Below are positions 19,382-28,356 of a stretch of 64,000 nucleotides of DNA, piece by piece. Within the stretch, counting starts at the first letter, position 1; every line of letters starts with the position of its first letter. The stretch is taken from positions 960,001 through 1,024,000 of the forward strand of contig CBDCDC010000001.1 in the NCBI GenBank assembly GCA_965215195.1. The letters are read 5' to 3'. Under the pieces are notes generated by a model, which saw only the letters and a program-made list of their open reading frames with translations, was not told the DNA's origin and did not search any database. The translations under genes and the position numbers were made by a program. Source of the DNA: Candidatus Latescibacterota bacterium (GTDB taxonomy: Bacteria; Latescibacterota; UBA2968; UBA8231).

Positions 19382-19960
19382 ATGAGGATCTCAGTCGTCA
19401 GCAGTAGTCTCGATCCCGACAGTCACAGTAGGGTGCTTGCTACCATGTGTCGTACCGCTTTGGAGGACAAGGGCATCTCTGGCGACTTCATCGATCTGCG
19501 ACAACTTGATCCGCCCAATTTCGACAACGGCGCGATCTATTCATCTGAGGTGTACCAATCGTGCCACAGGATCATTGCGGCCTCCGATGCCGTAATTTTG
19601 GCGAGTCCAGTGTACAATTGGGCGTGTTGCGCTGAACTCAAGAAATTTGTCGAGTATATAGGTTCTACGCCACCAGACGGATCGCGCAAAGGTGCTTTCT
19701 ACGACAAGATCGTGATGTTTGTCAATGCGGGTGGGTTGCCGCACAGCTATATGGCGTTTGCGCCGCTGGCAACATCCCTCATGCTGGATTTCAAGTGCAT
19801 TATTAGCCCGTATAACGTGTATGCCCACGACGGCAATTGGGTTGAGAAAGACGAACTCGACGACGCAACGGCCGCGAGATTAAACAAGTCTCTAGCTGTG
19901 CTGACTGAACTTGCGGAGCGGCTCAAGAGCCGGTCATATACATCGAACTGGGAAATCTGA
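19382..19960 (+). CDS. NADPH-dependent FMN reductase (flavodoxin-like)
   Basis: SSSLDPDSHSR, ASPVYNW..AELK, AGG..SY. Confidence 0.85.
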   Translation: MRISVVSSSLDPDSHSRVLATMCRTALEDKGISGDFIDLRQLDPPNFDNGAIYSSEVYQSCHRIIAASDAVILASPVYNWACCAELKKFVEYIGSTPPDGSRKGAFYDKIVMFVNAGGLPHSYMAFAPLATSLMLDFKCIISPYNVYAHDGNWVEKDELDDATAARLNKSLAVLTELAERLKSRSYTSNWEI

Positions 19961-19974
19961 TTTCCATTAAGCCG

Positions 19975-20403
19975 ATGCCAAATTGCGACTACAGTCTTAC
20001 GTGGTATCACGGTTCCCAGCAAGAGCTGACGAAACTTCGGGTCGGAAGTTCGATCACCCAGAACCGAAATGTGGCGAAAGCGTTCTCTCATAGACCTTCA
20101 ATTGTTTCTATGTCTGACGAAGGTGCGTCCCTATCTGACAAACTTAGGGTGAAGCACAACGGCGTGACGCCTGGTTATCTCTATGCCGTTTCCGATGACA
20201 TTGGTCCCAATGATGTGTATCCCCATCCCCATCCGGCAAATGCCGATCGCTGGGAGTGGCTGACTAACCGGGAGTTGAAGCTCGAACTCATCGAACAGAC
20301 TATAGCAACGGACGAAGAACGTCTGACAGACAAAGAAATCGCAGAGATAAGGCGGAAACAGCAGGAAAGGGGCGCGGAATCATTCGCGGAGTGGTCTGTT
20401 TGA
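19975..20403 (+). CDS. Hypothetical protein, possible ADP-ribosyltransferase-like fold
   Basis: WYHGS near the N-terminus, SIT..RNVAKAF, GYLYAV, WEW. Confidence 0.5.
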   Translation: MPNCDYSLTWYHGSQQELTKLRVGSSITQNRNVAKAFSHRPSIVSMSDEGASLSDKLRVKHNGVTPGYLYAVSDDIGPNDVYPHPHPANADRWEWLTNRELKLELIEQTIATDEERLTDKEIAEIRRKQQERGAESFAEWSV

Positions 20404-20520
20404 AAAGAGGCCCGCTTGCCAATACTTTGCTCCCTGCGTTTGTTTCGGTTCTGATCCACTTTTTGCGCGGCAATAACGGAGCGCGCTTGACAAACATTTC
20501 TGATTGAAAGGCAACTCCAA

Positions 20521-21300
20521 ATGCTGATAATCGACGCGCATTGCCACGCCGGCAACAACTGGTTCGAGCCTATCGAGATCCTCGAGTTCGAGATGGACCG
20601 CAACGGCGTTGACAAGGCCGTACTCATCCAACACGGCGGCACATACAACAACACCTATCTCCTCCAAGAAGCAGCCAAGCGACCAGACCGGTTCAAAGTT
20701 GCGGTCCTCGTCGATCCCGAGTCCCGCGATCCACTCGGCGATCTTGCGCGGCTCGCAGAGCAAGGAGCAGCCGGTGTGCGCATGGCCCCGGATGGCCAGT
20801 TCGCCAACGCAGGTCCTTACGACATCTGGCGCAGAGCCGGCGAACTCGGCCTCGTAGTCTCGAGCATCGGCAACGCGCCCCAGTTCGCTGCCGACGACTT
20901 CTCGCGCGTGCTCGATGCGTGCCCGGACACGCACGTCGTCCTCGAACATCTCGCAGGAGTGGGCATTGCCGAGCCGCCCTATGCCGATTACGCTAAAGCC
21001 CTGCGACACGGCGAGCGCGACCACACCAGCATCAAAGTTCCCGGCTTGGGCGAAATCTGCGCCCGCCCACCGCGCCTGCTGCCCGAACTCGAATTCGACT
21101 GCGTCCCGCCACTTTTCGAGATGGCCAAGGACGCCTTCGGCGTACAACGCATGATGTGGGGCAGCGACTTTCCGCCCAGTGCTGGCAGAGAGGGCTACGC
21201 CAATGCGCGGCGCGGCGTCCTCAATCATCCGGCCTTTGCCGATGGCGATGATATCGAGTGGGTTATGGGAAAGACCGCAGCGCGCGTGTGGGGATTCTGA
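20521..21300 (+). CDS. Amidohydrolase_2 family protein (lactonase-like)
   Basis: IIDAHCH, VVLEHLA, MMWGSDFP. Confidence 0.88.
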   Translation: MLIIDAHCHAGNNWFEPIEILEFEMDRNGVDKAVLIQHGGTYNNTYLLQEAAKRPDRFKVAVLVDPESRDPLGDLARLAEQGAAGVRMAPDGQFANAGPYDIWRRAGELGLVVSSIGNAPQFAADDFSRVLDACPDTHVVLEHLAGVGIAEPPYADYAKALRHGERDHTSIKVPGLGEICARPPRLLPELEFDCVPPLFEMAKDAFGVQRMMWGSDFPPSAGREGYANARRGVLNHPAFADGDDIEWVMGKTAARVWGF

Positions 21301-21453
21301 GAAGCGGTCTGAAAATTCCGGGAAGCAGCAAACAATCTGATCGAGGGCGTCTCGCCCTCGAAAAGCGCTCCCTCCGAGGGCCGCTTGACCGCTACTCAAC
21401 GCGATCCGCCGGGGGTTTGTCACGCCTAAAGGCGTGGTGAAGCAGACCGCTTC
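21301..21453. mobile_element. Putative MITE (153 bp) with 11-bp terminal inverted repeats and 3-bp flanking direct repeat
   Basis: GAAGCGGTCTG ... CAGACCGCTTC, flanked by TGA on both sides (21298-21300, 21454-21456); internal palindromes cgagggcg-tct-cgccctcg and cacgcc-taaa-ggcgtg; related copies elsewhere in the window. Confidence 0.7.
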
Positions 21454-21493
21454 TGAGAAAATCTAACTTCCCTGTGGAAAATAGCAGAGCGAA

Positions 21494-22117
21494 ATGGCCC
21501 CAAAAAAAAAGAAAACCACGCGCCAAGCCTATGGCATCACAGTGCTCAAAGCCGCTGATCCCCGGGTGCGCGCCCAAAAAAAGCAGTACGCCCCCTGCAT
21601 CCACGGCAACAAATTCTGGAATGTGAGTTGGTGCGTGATGGACTTCCTCTCGCATCAGGGCCTGCCGCCAAAGACGCGGGTTTTGGATATCGGCTGCGGT
21701 TGGGGCCTCGCCGGGATATACTGCGCCAAAAATCACGATGCCAACGTCACGGCGATGGACGCGGATGCAGCGGTCTTTCCCTACTTGCAGCTACACGCCG
21801 AGATCAACGGAGTCGAGATAGAGACTTGGCGCTGCAAGTTCGAGAAAGTAAAAAAGAAAGACCTGCGACAAACCAACCTGATTATCGGGGCCGATATTTG
21901 CTTTTGGGACGAGATGGTCAAGCCGCTCTACAAGCTGATCAAAAAGGCGGTCGGGGTCGGGGTCGGGCAGATCATCATCGCCGATCCGGGCCGCCCGCCC
22001 TTTCACGAACTGAGCGAGAAGGTCGTCGATAAGCTCGGCGGCGAGCTCAAGGAGTGGGAAATCAACAGCGAGGTCAAAGCCGACGCGTACCTGCTCATCG
22101 CGGGCACACTGCCTTAG
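21494..22117 (+). CDS. Class I SAM-dependent methyltransferase (Methyltransf_16/protein lysine MTase-like)
   Basis: HGNKFW, VLDIGCGWGLAG, IIGADICFW, IADPGR. Confidence 0.85.
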   Translation: MAPKKKKTTRQAYGITVLKAADPRVRAQKKQYAPCIHGNKFWNVSWCVMDFLSHQGLPPKTRVLDIGCGWGLAGIYCAKNHDANVTAMDADAAVFPYLQLHAEINGVEIETWRCKFEKVKKKDLRQTNLIIGADICFWDEMVKPLYKLIKKAVGVGVGQIIIADPGRPPFHELSEKVVDKLGGELKEWEINSEVKADAYLLIAGTLP

Positions 22118-22179
22118 TACACGACACCTACGTTGAGTGCGCGTCTTTGCGAGCATTCCCGGGCAGGACGCCCGCTCGC

Positions 22180-22306
22180 CCGGCGGACCGCGTTGAGCAG
22201 CGGTTGAGACGCCCTTGGATGGAGCATTTTGCGAGGGCGAGACGCCCTCGATCCTCGATTGTTTGCTGCACACAAGGGACGGTCCGCGGAATTTTCAGAC
22301 CGCTTC
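22180..22306 (-). repeat. Inverted copy of the left portion of the 21301 MITE
   Basis: Ends in ggaattttcagaccgcttc (reverse complement of 21301-21319) and is colinear through gagggcgagacgccctcgatc and gattgtttgctgc; further fragments at 22363-22375 and 22414-22440. Confidence 0.8.
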
Positions 22307-22497
22307 CAGAAACGTTCTTAAAATGCCCGTGCCGGCTTAGTGGTTAGTGCCCTTGCCCATAGGGCGCGGTGAAGCCGCTTTTTGCGATGGGGATCGATCA
22401 AGTCAATGCCCCGTTGTCACGCCTGCGGCGCGGTGAAGCGGCCAGGCGATCCCGCAAGGGATCCGGTCGGCGGCTCGATCATAAATCAGGCGTGGGA

Positions 22498-23469
22498 TTA
22501 GCTCCCGTATTTATTGCGTACTTTCTCGAAGAGCATCTGCTGGATCGATTGGGCGGCTTCTGTAGGTCCCGTTCCACATTCCGAATCCAACCTCTGAAGT
22601 GCGGCTCGATGAAATTCGGGCACGATCTCAAAGCCTATGAAGTGCCTGTTGAGTCGCCGCGCAGCAACAGCCGTAGTGCCGCTGCCCATGAACGGATCCA
22701 ATACCACTTGGCCCTCTCGCGTCGTGAGCTTGATCAGGAACTTGATGAGCTTCAGCGGTTTCTGGGCCTCGTGAATTTTTTGTTCGCCTTTTTGGAAACC
22801 AAACGCCAATAGATTGGTTGGGGTTGCGCCATGGCTCTGACACGCTTCTGTGTTCATGGCCCCTACGCCTTGCTCGAGGATGTTGTCAGCAATAGTGCCG
22901 CCGATCTTGTAGGGCTTCACGAACCAAGCAATCGGCTCATATACGGGCGCGAGGTTCCCCAAACGCCAGCCGCGCCACGCTTTGGCCTCGGCCTCTAACC
23001 CGCGTCTCGCAAAGACAATGCTCACCCTTTGCGCTCGATGGTGCGCCGATTCTTTCTGCCAAGCGAGCATGTCCTTGAGGAGGAAACCGCTGTCTTCAAA
23101 AGCGTTGACGACGCGGTGTATAGTACGGCGTGCGCCGAAAACGAAGAGCGATGCGCCGCGCTTCATTTTTGGCAAAAGCCGTTCAGTCCAGCTTTGACAC
23201 CACTGCTGATACTCTCGTCCCATGTTTCTATCGGCCTGCGACCAGCCATTGATGGGCTTGCCTCGCCTCTTAAAGGCCGATTTCCCAGCCTGCGCGGGCG
23301 ACTGCCCCAACAGCGCTGAGTTCGTATTGTCGTGTAAGACATCCCAGTCATCTAGGTTGATTCCATAGGGAATGTCCGACAGGAAAAGTTCTATGCTGTT
23401 GTCGGCCAAGCGCGAAATGTGATCTCGGCAGTCGCCGCGGGTGATTTTGTCCAAATACGCTTCGTTCAT
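22498..23469 (-). CDS. Site-specific DNA methyltransferase (beta class, M.HindIII-like, probable m6A)
   Basis: Catalytic SDIPY precedes SAM motif DPFMGSGTT; WDVLHDNTNSAL, FKRRGKPINGWSQAD, HRAQR and EPIAWF are motifs I recall from M.HindIII. Confidence 0.85.
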   Translation of the reverse strand: MNEAYLDKITRGDCRDHISRLADNSIELFLSDIPYGINLDDWDVLHDNTNSALLGQSPAQAGKSAFKRRGKPINGWSQADRNMGREYQQWCQSWTERLLPKMKRGASLFVFGARRTIHRVVNAFEDSGFLLKDMLAWQKESAHHRAQRVSIVFARRGLEAEAKAWRGWRLGNLAPVYEPIAWFVKPYKIGGTIADNILEQGVGAMNTEACQSHGATPTNLLAFGFQKGEQKIHEAQKPLKLIKFLIKLTTREGQVVLDPFMGSGTTAVAARRLNRHFIGFEIVPEFHRAALQRLDSECGTGPTEAAQSIQQMLFEKVRNKYGS

Positions 23470-23526
23470 GCCGACTCCAATTCAAGAATGTCGTTTTTGG
23501 CAACGGATTGAACCTTTTGAATCTTG

Positions 23527-24582
23527 TTATCGAGTGTGCTCCACTTCAGCACCTCCTTTATCGCTTCTAAGCGCAACTAGTGTCAAAACCTCCGCCGGAT
23601 TCTGGCCACAGGCCCTCAGCAGGTGCCTTGTGTTTCTTATTGCTTTTTGGCCACCTCTCGCTTCCACCCACAACCCCTCCTTGAGACGTTGCGGTCTTTC
23701 AAAAGGCGAGCCGTCAGGATGTTCTTTCTTTATATTGACGATATAATGCCCTTTTTTCATAGTAAGCACAGGGACGTTTTTCGAGAGCAAACCTTTTGAA
23801 TAAAGCCACTCCGCCGTATTCACTAAAACATCCTTCCACAATCGGATGCCATTCTCGCTCTCGTCGGGAAACTTGATTGCCAGCGGAGGATCACCTGAAC
23901 TACTAGGACTTCTTCCTCTGAACATATCCGAAAGCGCAACCCACTTGGTATCCTTCGGCTCTGGCGCGGATGATGGGGCTGCTTTTGTGGGTTCGGGGTA
24001 GGACTCCGGCGTGGACGGCGTCGCTTTTACAGGTTCGGGGTGAGCGGGCACTGGCTCCGGTTCCGACTCGGCGGCAAAAATCGGCTCGTTTGCCGGCGTC
24101 GGCTGGCCCGATACCATGTTACTACGCCAAAGCAAGAGCAGTTTCAGGGCGCACTCATGGGTAGGGTCATGAGTGATAGATACTTGTAAGAGACGGCGGT
24201 CCTCCAACCGTTCCTGTTTGAAAACTTCGTAAAACTCCCAATAATCACCATCGGTCAGACCGGCATAAGGAATGCCTTCCATGTTTGCGTAGCGCACCAT
24301 CTGCTCTTGGTACTTGACCAGCGACTCCCCCAGTTTTTTGGCCTCAATAAATGCCGCCGGCTTATCACCAGAGCCTCGCAAAGCATAATCAACCGGACCA
24401 GAGCCGGAGGGGTACTCCGGGGTTACTAACGCCGGATCGGCCGGATCCCACTCCAGCGCTTGTAGCAACGGGTCAATAAGTGCCATCCGTGTGCGCGTTT
24501 CGTTGATCTGCAAATTCTGTTTGTGGGTGCGGATGCGTTCTTTGATCGTCTCAATCGCGCCGACCAAATCGTCGAGCAGCAT
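23527..24582 (-). CDS. HsdR_N-like (type I restriction R N-terminal) nuclease-domain protein with Pro-rich linker and uncharacterised C-terminal domain
   Basis: NETRTRMALIDPLL..LEWD, PEY, VDYAL, IEAKK, QMVRYA, LTDG..W; PEP-rich imperfect repeat linker. Confidence 0.8.
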   Translation of the reverse strand: MLLDDLVGAIETIKERIRTHKQNLQINETRTRMALIDPLLQALEWDPADPALVTPEYPSGSGPVDYALRGSGDKPAAFIEAKKLGESLVKYQEQMVRYANMEGIPYAGLTDGDYWEFYEVFKQERLEDRRLLQVSITHDPTHECALKLLLLWRSNMVSGQPTPANEPIFAAESEPEPVPAHPEPVKATPSTPESYPEPTKAAPSSAPEPKDTKWVALSDMFRGRSPSSSGDPPLAIKFPDESENGIRLWKDVLVNTAEWLYSKGLLSKNVPVLTMKKGHYIVNIKKEHPDGSPFERPQRLKEGLWVEARGGQKAIRNTRHLLRACGQNPAEVLTLVALRSDKGGAEVEHTR

Positions 24583-24792
24583 AGTATTATTCCTTCTATG
24601 ATGGGTTGTGACCTACACGAGGGACAAACTGCGAATCAGTTGCCCCTTCTGCCAATAGCCTTGTGAGACGATGTATTGGGCTGCTTCGCCTCCTTTGTAC
24701 GCGCTGGGGTCCACACGGATTTTCTCGCAATTTCACCCAATGTTCCGCACCTTTTTCTTTTTTGCGTGGGCTGGTCCCGCCGCTCGCCCAAT

Positions 24793-26106
24793 TCACAGAT
24801 AGCTATTGACGATATTTTCCAGCATTTCCTCGCGGCCACTGCGCCGTTCCGGCTCGCCGTGCTGGTGGACGTAAGCTTCTAGCTCGGCGAAGTTGGTGTC
24901 GCCGCGCATGATCTTCTCGCCAATGCCGCTGCGGTACGAGGCGTAGCGCGCCTCCACAAAGGCGTCGAGTGCGCCGTCGTCGATGATGCGCTGGGCCAGC
25001 GTTAGCCCGCGGGCAAACGAGTCCATGCCGCCGATGTGGGCGTGGAAGAGATCCTCCAAGTCGCAGGAGCCGCGCCGCACCTTGGCGTCGAAGTTGATGC
25101 CGCCGGGCGCGATGCCGCCTTGCTTGAGGATCACCAGCATGGCGTAGGTGGTGGAGTAGAGGTCGGTGGGGAATTGGTCGGTGTCCCAGCCGAGCAGGTA
25201 ATCGCCGCGGTTGGCGTCAATGCTGCCCAGTTTGCCCTCGGCCGAAGCGAGCTGGAGGTCGTGTTCAAAGGTGTGGCCGGCCAGGGTGGCGTGATTGGCT
25301 TCGATGTTGAGCTTAAACTCGTCCAACAGGTCGTATTTGCGGAGAAAGCTCAAGACGGTAGCGGCGTCGTAGTCGTATTGGTGCTTGGTCGGCTCTTTGG
25401 GCTTGGGCTCCACGAGCAGGGTGCCGGTAAAGCCGAGCGCCTTTTTGTGTTCCACGGCCATGTGCAAGAAGCGTGCGAGCTGGTCCTGCTCGTGCGCCAT
25501 GTTGGTGTTGAGCAAGCTGGAGTACCCCTCGCGCCCACCCCAAAACACGTAGTTGGCCCCCCCGAGCCGATGGGTGCATTCCATGGCCTTTTTGATCTGC
25601 GCCGCGGCCCAGGCGAAGACGTGAGCGTCGGGATTGGTGGCGGCCCCGTGGGTAAAGCGTGCGTGCGAGAAACAGTTGGACGTGCCCCACAGCAAGCGGA
25701 CGCCCGTGTCGGCTTGCAATTGCTCGGCCAGCCCCACGATGTGGTCGAGGCGGTCGTTGCTCTCTTTGAGGGTTTCGCCTTCGGGCGCGATGTCGCGGTC
25801 GTGCCAGCAGTAGAACGGTGCGCCGAGCTTGGCGATGAACTCAAAGGCCGCGTGCAGGGTGTCCTCGGCGCGCTGCATGGGGTCGGCGGCGCGGTCCCAA
25901 GGCCGGTCGTACACCGGCGTCGGGCCGAAGGGGTCGATACCCCCGCCCTTGAAGCTGTGCCAAAAGGCCACGGAGAAGCGCAGGTGCTCGGCCATGGTCT
26001 TATCGCCGACCGTAGCCTCGGCGTCGTAGTGCTTGAAGGCCAAGGGATTTTTAGAATCTGGGCCTTCGTAGGCAATTTTTTTGATGCCCTTAAAAAATTC
26101 GCTCAT
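24793..26106 (-). CDS. xylA: Xylose isomerase (class II)
   Basis: LRFSVAFWH, WHDRD, FWGGREGY, EPKPKEPTKHQYD, NIEANH, GWDTDQF. Confidence 0.97.
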   Translation of the reverse strand: MSEFFKGIKKIAYEGPDSKNPLAFKHYDAEATVGDKTMAEHLRFSVAFWHSFKGGGIDPFGPTPVYDRPWDRAADPMQRAEDTLHAAFEFIAKLGAPFYCWHDRDIAPEGETLKESNDRLDHIVGLAEQLQADTGVRLLWGTSNCFSHARFTHGAATNPDAHVFAWAAAQIKKAMECTHRLGGANYVFWGGREGYSSLLNTNMAHEQDQLARFLHMAVEHKKALGFTGTLLVEPKPKEPTKHQYDYDAATVLSFLRKYDLLDEFKLNIEANHATLAGHTFEHDLQLASAEGKLGSIDANRGDYLLGWDTDQFPTDLYSTTYAMLVILKQGGIAPGGINFDAKVRRGSCDLEDLFHAHIGGMDSFARGLTLAQRIIDDGALDAFVEARYASYRSGIGEKIMRGDTNFAELEAYVHQHGEPERRSGREEMLENIVNSYL

Positions 26107-26170
26107 GGTTTGCTCTTTCTGAGTTTAGTGGAATCCGCGAGGTCTTGCGCCGCAAAGCGCATAGACGAGC

Positions 26171-26944
26171 TCACGCTGGAGTGACGTAGGCGGCGGTGAT
26201 GCCGCCATCGACGACAAAGGTCGCGCCGGTGATGAAGGAGGCGTCGTCCGAGGCCAAGAAGACGACCGTGCGGGCGATTTCTTCAGCTTCGCCGAAGCGG
26301 CCCATGGGAATGTGGACCAAGCGGCGCTGGCGCTTCTCCTCGCTGTCGAGGTATTGCATCAACAGCTCGGTGCGCAAGGGGCCGGGGCACAGCGCGTTGA
26401 CGCGGATGTTTTCGCGAGCGTGGACAACGGCTAGCTCGCGCGTCAGCGCGAGGACGCCGCCCTTGCTGGCGGTATAGGCCAATTGGGGGGTGGCCGCTCC
26501 GAGCAAGGCCACGAAAGAGGCGGTGTTGACGATTGCGCCGCGGCCGGCGCGGCGCAGGGCCGGAATGCCGTATTTGCAGCCCAAAAAGACGCCCTTGAGA
26601 TTGACGGCCATGGTCAGGTCCCAAACCGCTTCTTCGGTGTCGATGGCGTCGGCGTCGGCGTGGTGGGAGATGCCGGCGTTGTTGAACAGCACGTTGAGGC
26701 GACCATAAGCGGCTTCGGCTTGCTGCACCATGCGCTCGCAGTCGGCGGCGCGAGCCACGTCGGCCGCAATGGCGATGGCCCGACCGTTGTGCGCGGCGAT
26801 GGCGTCAGCCGTTTGCTCGGCCGTGGCGGCGTCGATGTCAACGGCCGCGATGTGTGCGCCTTCGCGGGCGCAGTGCAGCGCGGTTTGGCGGCCGATGCCC
26901 GAGCCAGCGCCGGTGATGAGGACGACTTTGTCGGCGAGCCTCAT
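26171..26944 (-). CDS. Short-chain dehydrogenase/reductase
   Basis: TGAGSGIG, NNAG, YTASK, VNALCPG. Confidence 0.92.
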   Translation of the reverse strand: MRLADKVVLITGAGSGIGRQTALHCAREGAHIAAVDIDAATAEQTADAIAAHNGRAIAIAADVARAADCERMVQQAEAAYGRLNVLFNNAGISHHADADAIDTEEAVWDLTMAVNLKGVFLGCKYGIPALRRAGRGAIVNTASFVALLGAATPQLAYTASKGGVLALTRELAVVHARENIRVNALCPGPLRTELLMQYLDSEEKRQRRLVHIPMGRFGEAEEIARTVVFLASDDASFITGATFVVDGGITAAYVTPA

Positions 26945-28323
26945 GATGCTGTGGCCCGCGCTGCCTCGCCTACGACCTCTGACAGGGCCGGATGCGCGTG
27001 GACGGTGCGGGCCACATCCTCGGCACTGGCACCGAACTCTAGGGCCAAGACGCCCTCGGCAATCAAGTGGGAAGCCTGCGGCCCTAGGATGTGCATCCCC
27101 AAGAGCTGGTCGGTGTGCGCATCGGCGACGACCTTGACTAGGCCGTCGATGTCGTCCATGCAGTGAGCGCGGGCATTGCCGCGAAATGGGTACTTGCCGA
27201 TGGCGACCTCGCGGCCGGCCGCTATAGCTTCTTCCTCGCTCGCCCCCACGGAGGCCAATTCTGGATGGGTGTACACGACCGCGGGTATGGCCGCGTAGTT
27301 GACCTGCCCAGCGCGCCCGGCCATGCGCTCGGCAACCGCGATTCCTTCGGCCTCGGCCTTGTGGGCCAACATCGGCCCAGGCACGAGGTCGCCGATAGCC
27401 CAGATCCCCTCGACATTGGTGCGCCCCTGCGCGTCAACGAGGACCTGTCCCTGCTCGTTGACTGCCACGCCCACGTCTTCCAGCCCCAACCCCGTGCTAC
27501 ATGGTTTGCGCCCCACGGCCACCAGCACCTGATCGCACGTCTCGACGCGCTCTCGATCGCCGGCCGCTATGGTCAGGGTCACTTGGCCTTCTGCGCTCGC
27601 GGCCGCTTGGGCCTTGGCCCGGAGCAAGAACTTTAGTCCCTGTCGCTTGAGCAGCCGCTCTAGCTGTTGGGCCATCTCGCGGTCCATCCCCGGCAAAATC
27701 TGCTCCATGGCTTCCACTACGAGCACTTGGCCCCCCAGCCGCGACCACACGGACCCCAGTTCAAGCCCAATGGCACCGCCGCCAATGACGACGAGCCGCT
27801 CAGGCACCTTTTTTAGGGTTAGGGCCTCGGTCGAGCTGATTACGTGTTCGCCGTCAAAGGGCAGGTTCGGCAGTTCCACGGGCGTACTCCCGGTGGCCAA
27901 CAGAATGTGCTTGGCAGACAGCGCCTGCTCGCCGTCAGTTCCTTGCACCGATACGCTCCCCGGGGCGAGGACTTGGCCCTTGCCGACGAAATGCGTCACC
28001 CCCCGACCCTTAAACAGCCCCTCAATGCCCTTGGTCATGGTCTGCACGATTTTCTCTTTCCGCGCCATCATGGCCCGCAGGTCCAAGCCCACTTCGCCCT
28101 GCCCGATCCCGTGGTGCCCCAACCCCTTCTTGGCCCGGTAAAACAAAGCACTCGACTCCAGCAGGGCCTTGCTGGGGATGCAGCCGACGTTGAGGCAGGT
28201 GCCGCCGAGATAGCTTTTGTCGATACAGGCCACCTTCATGCCGAGTTGTGCCGCCTTGCTCGCGGCCACGTAGCCGCCGGGGCCGGCGCCGATGACAACT
28301 AAGTCGAATGCAGTGTCGCGCAC
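26941..28323 (-). CDS. lpdA: Dihydrolipoamide dehydrogenase (E3)
   Basis: GAGPGGY, GGTCLNVGCIPSK, GGGAIGLE, HAHPALSE; GTG start after AAGGA. Confidence 0.96.
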   Translation of the reverse strand: MRDTAFDLVVIGAGPGGYVAASKAAQLGMKVACIDKSYLGGTCLNVGCIPSKALLESSALFYRAKKGLGHHGIGQGEVGLDLRAMMARKEKIVQTMTKGIEGLFKGRGVTHFVGKGQVLAPGSVSVQGTDGEQALSAKHILLATGSTPVELPNLPFDGEHVISSTEALTLKKVPERLVVIGGGAIGLELGSVWSRLGGQVLVVEAMEQILPGMDREMAQQLERLLKRQGLKFLLRAKAQAAASAEGQVTLTIAAGDRERVETCDQVLVAVGRKPCSTGLGLEDVGVAVNEQGQVLVDAQGRTNVEGIWAIGDLVPGPMLAHKAEAEGIAVAERMAGRAGQVNYAAIPAVVYTHPELASVGASEEEAIAAGREVAIGKYPFRGNARAHCMDDIDGLVKVVADAHTDQLLGMHILGPQASHLIAEGVLALEFGASAEDVARTVHAHPALSEVVGEAARATAS

Positions 28324-28356
28324 GGTGTTTCCTTTTTGCAATGGGTGCGGTGCTGG

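Noticed and set aside
18107-20403. Integron cassette array
   Set aside because: No convincing RYYYAAC...GTTRRRY attC structures after the stops and no integrase in the window.
19240-22440. Possible CRISPR array from recurring palindromic repeats
   Set aside because: Copies are irregularly spaced, in both orientations, separated by whole genes, and no cas genes are present; better explained as MITE/REP.
25036-26184. Long antisense or alternative-frame ORFs (e.g. 382 aa opposite xylA; also 11296-12120, 29361-30191)
   Set aside because: Shadow frames of well-supported genes in GC-rich DNA, with no recognisable motifs.
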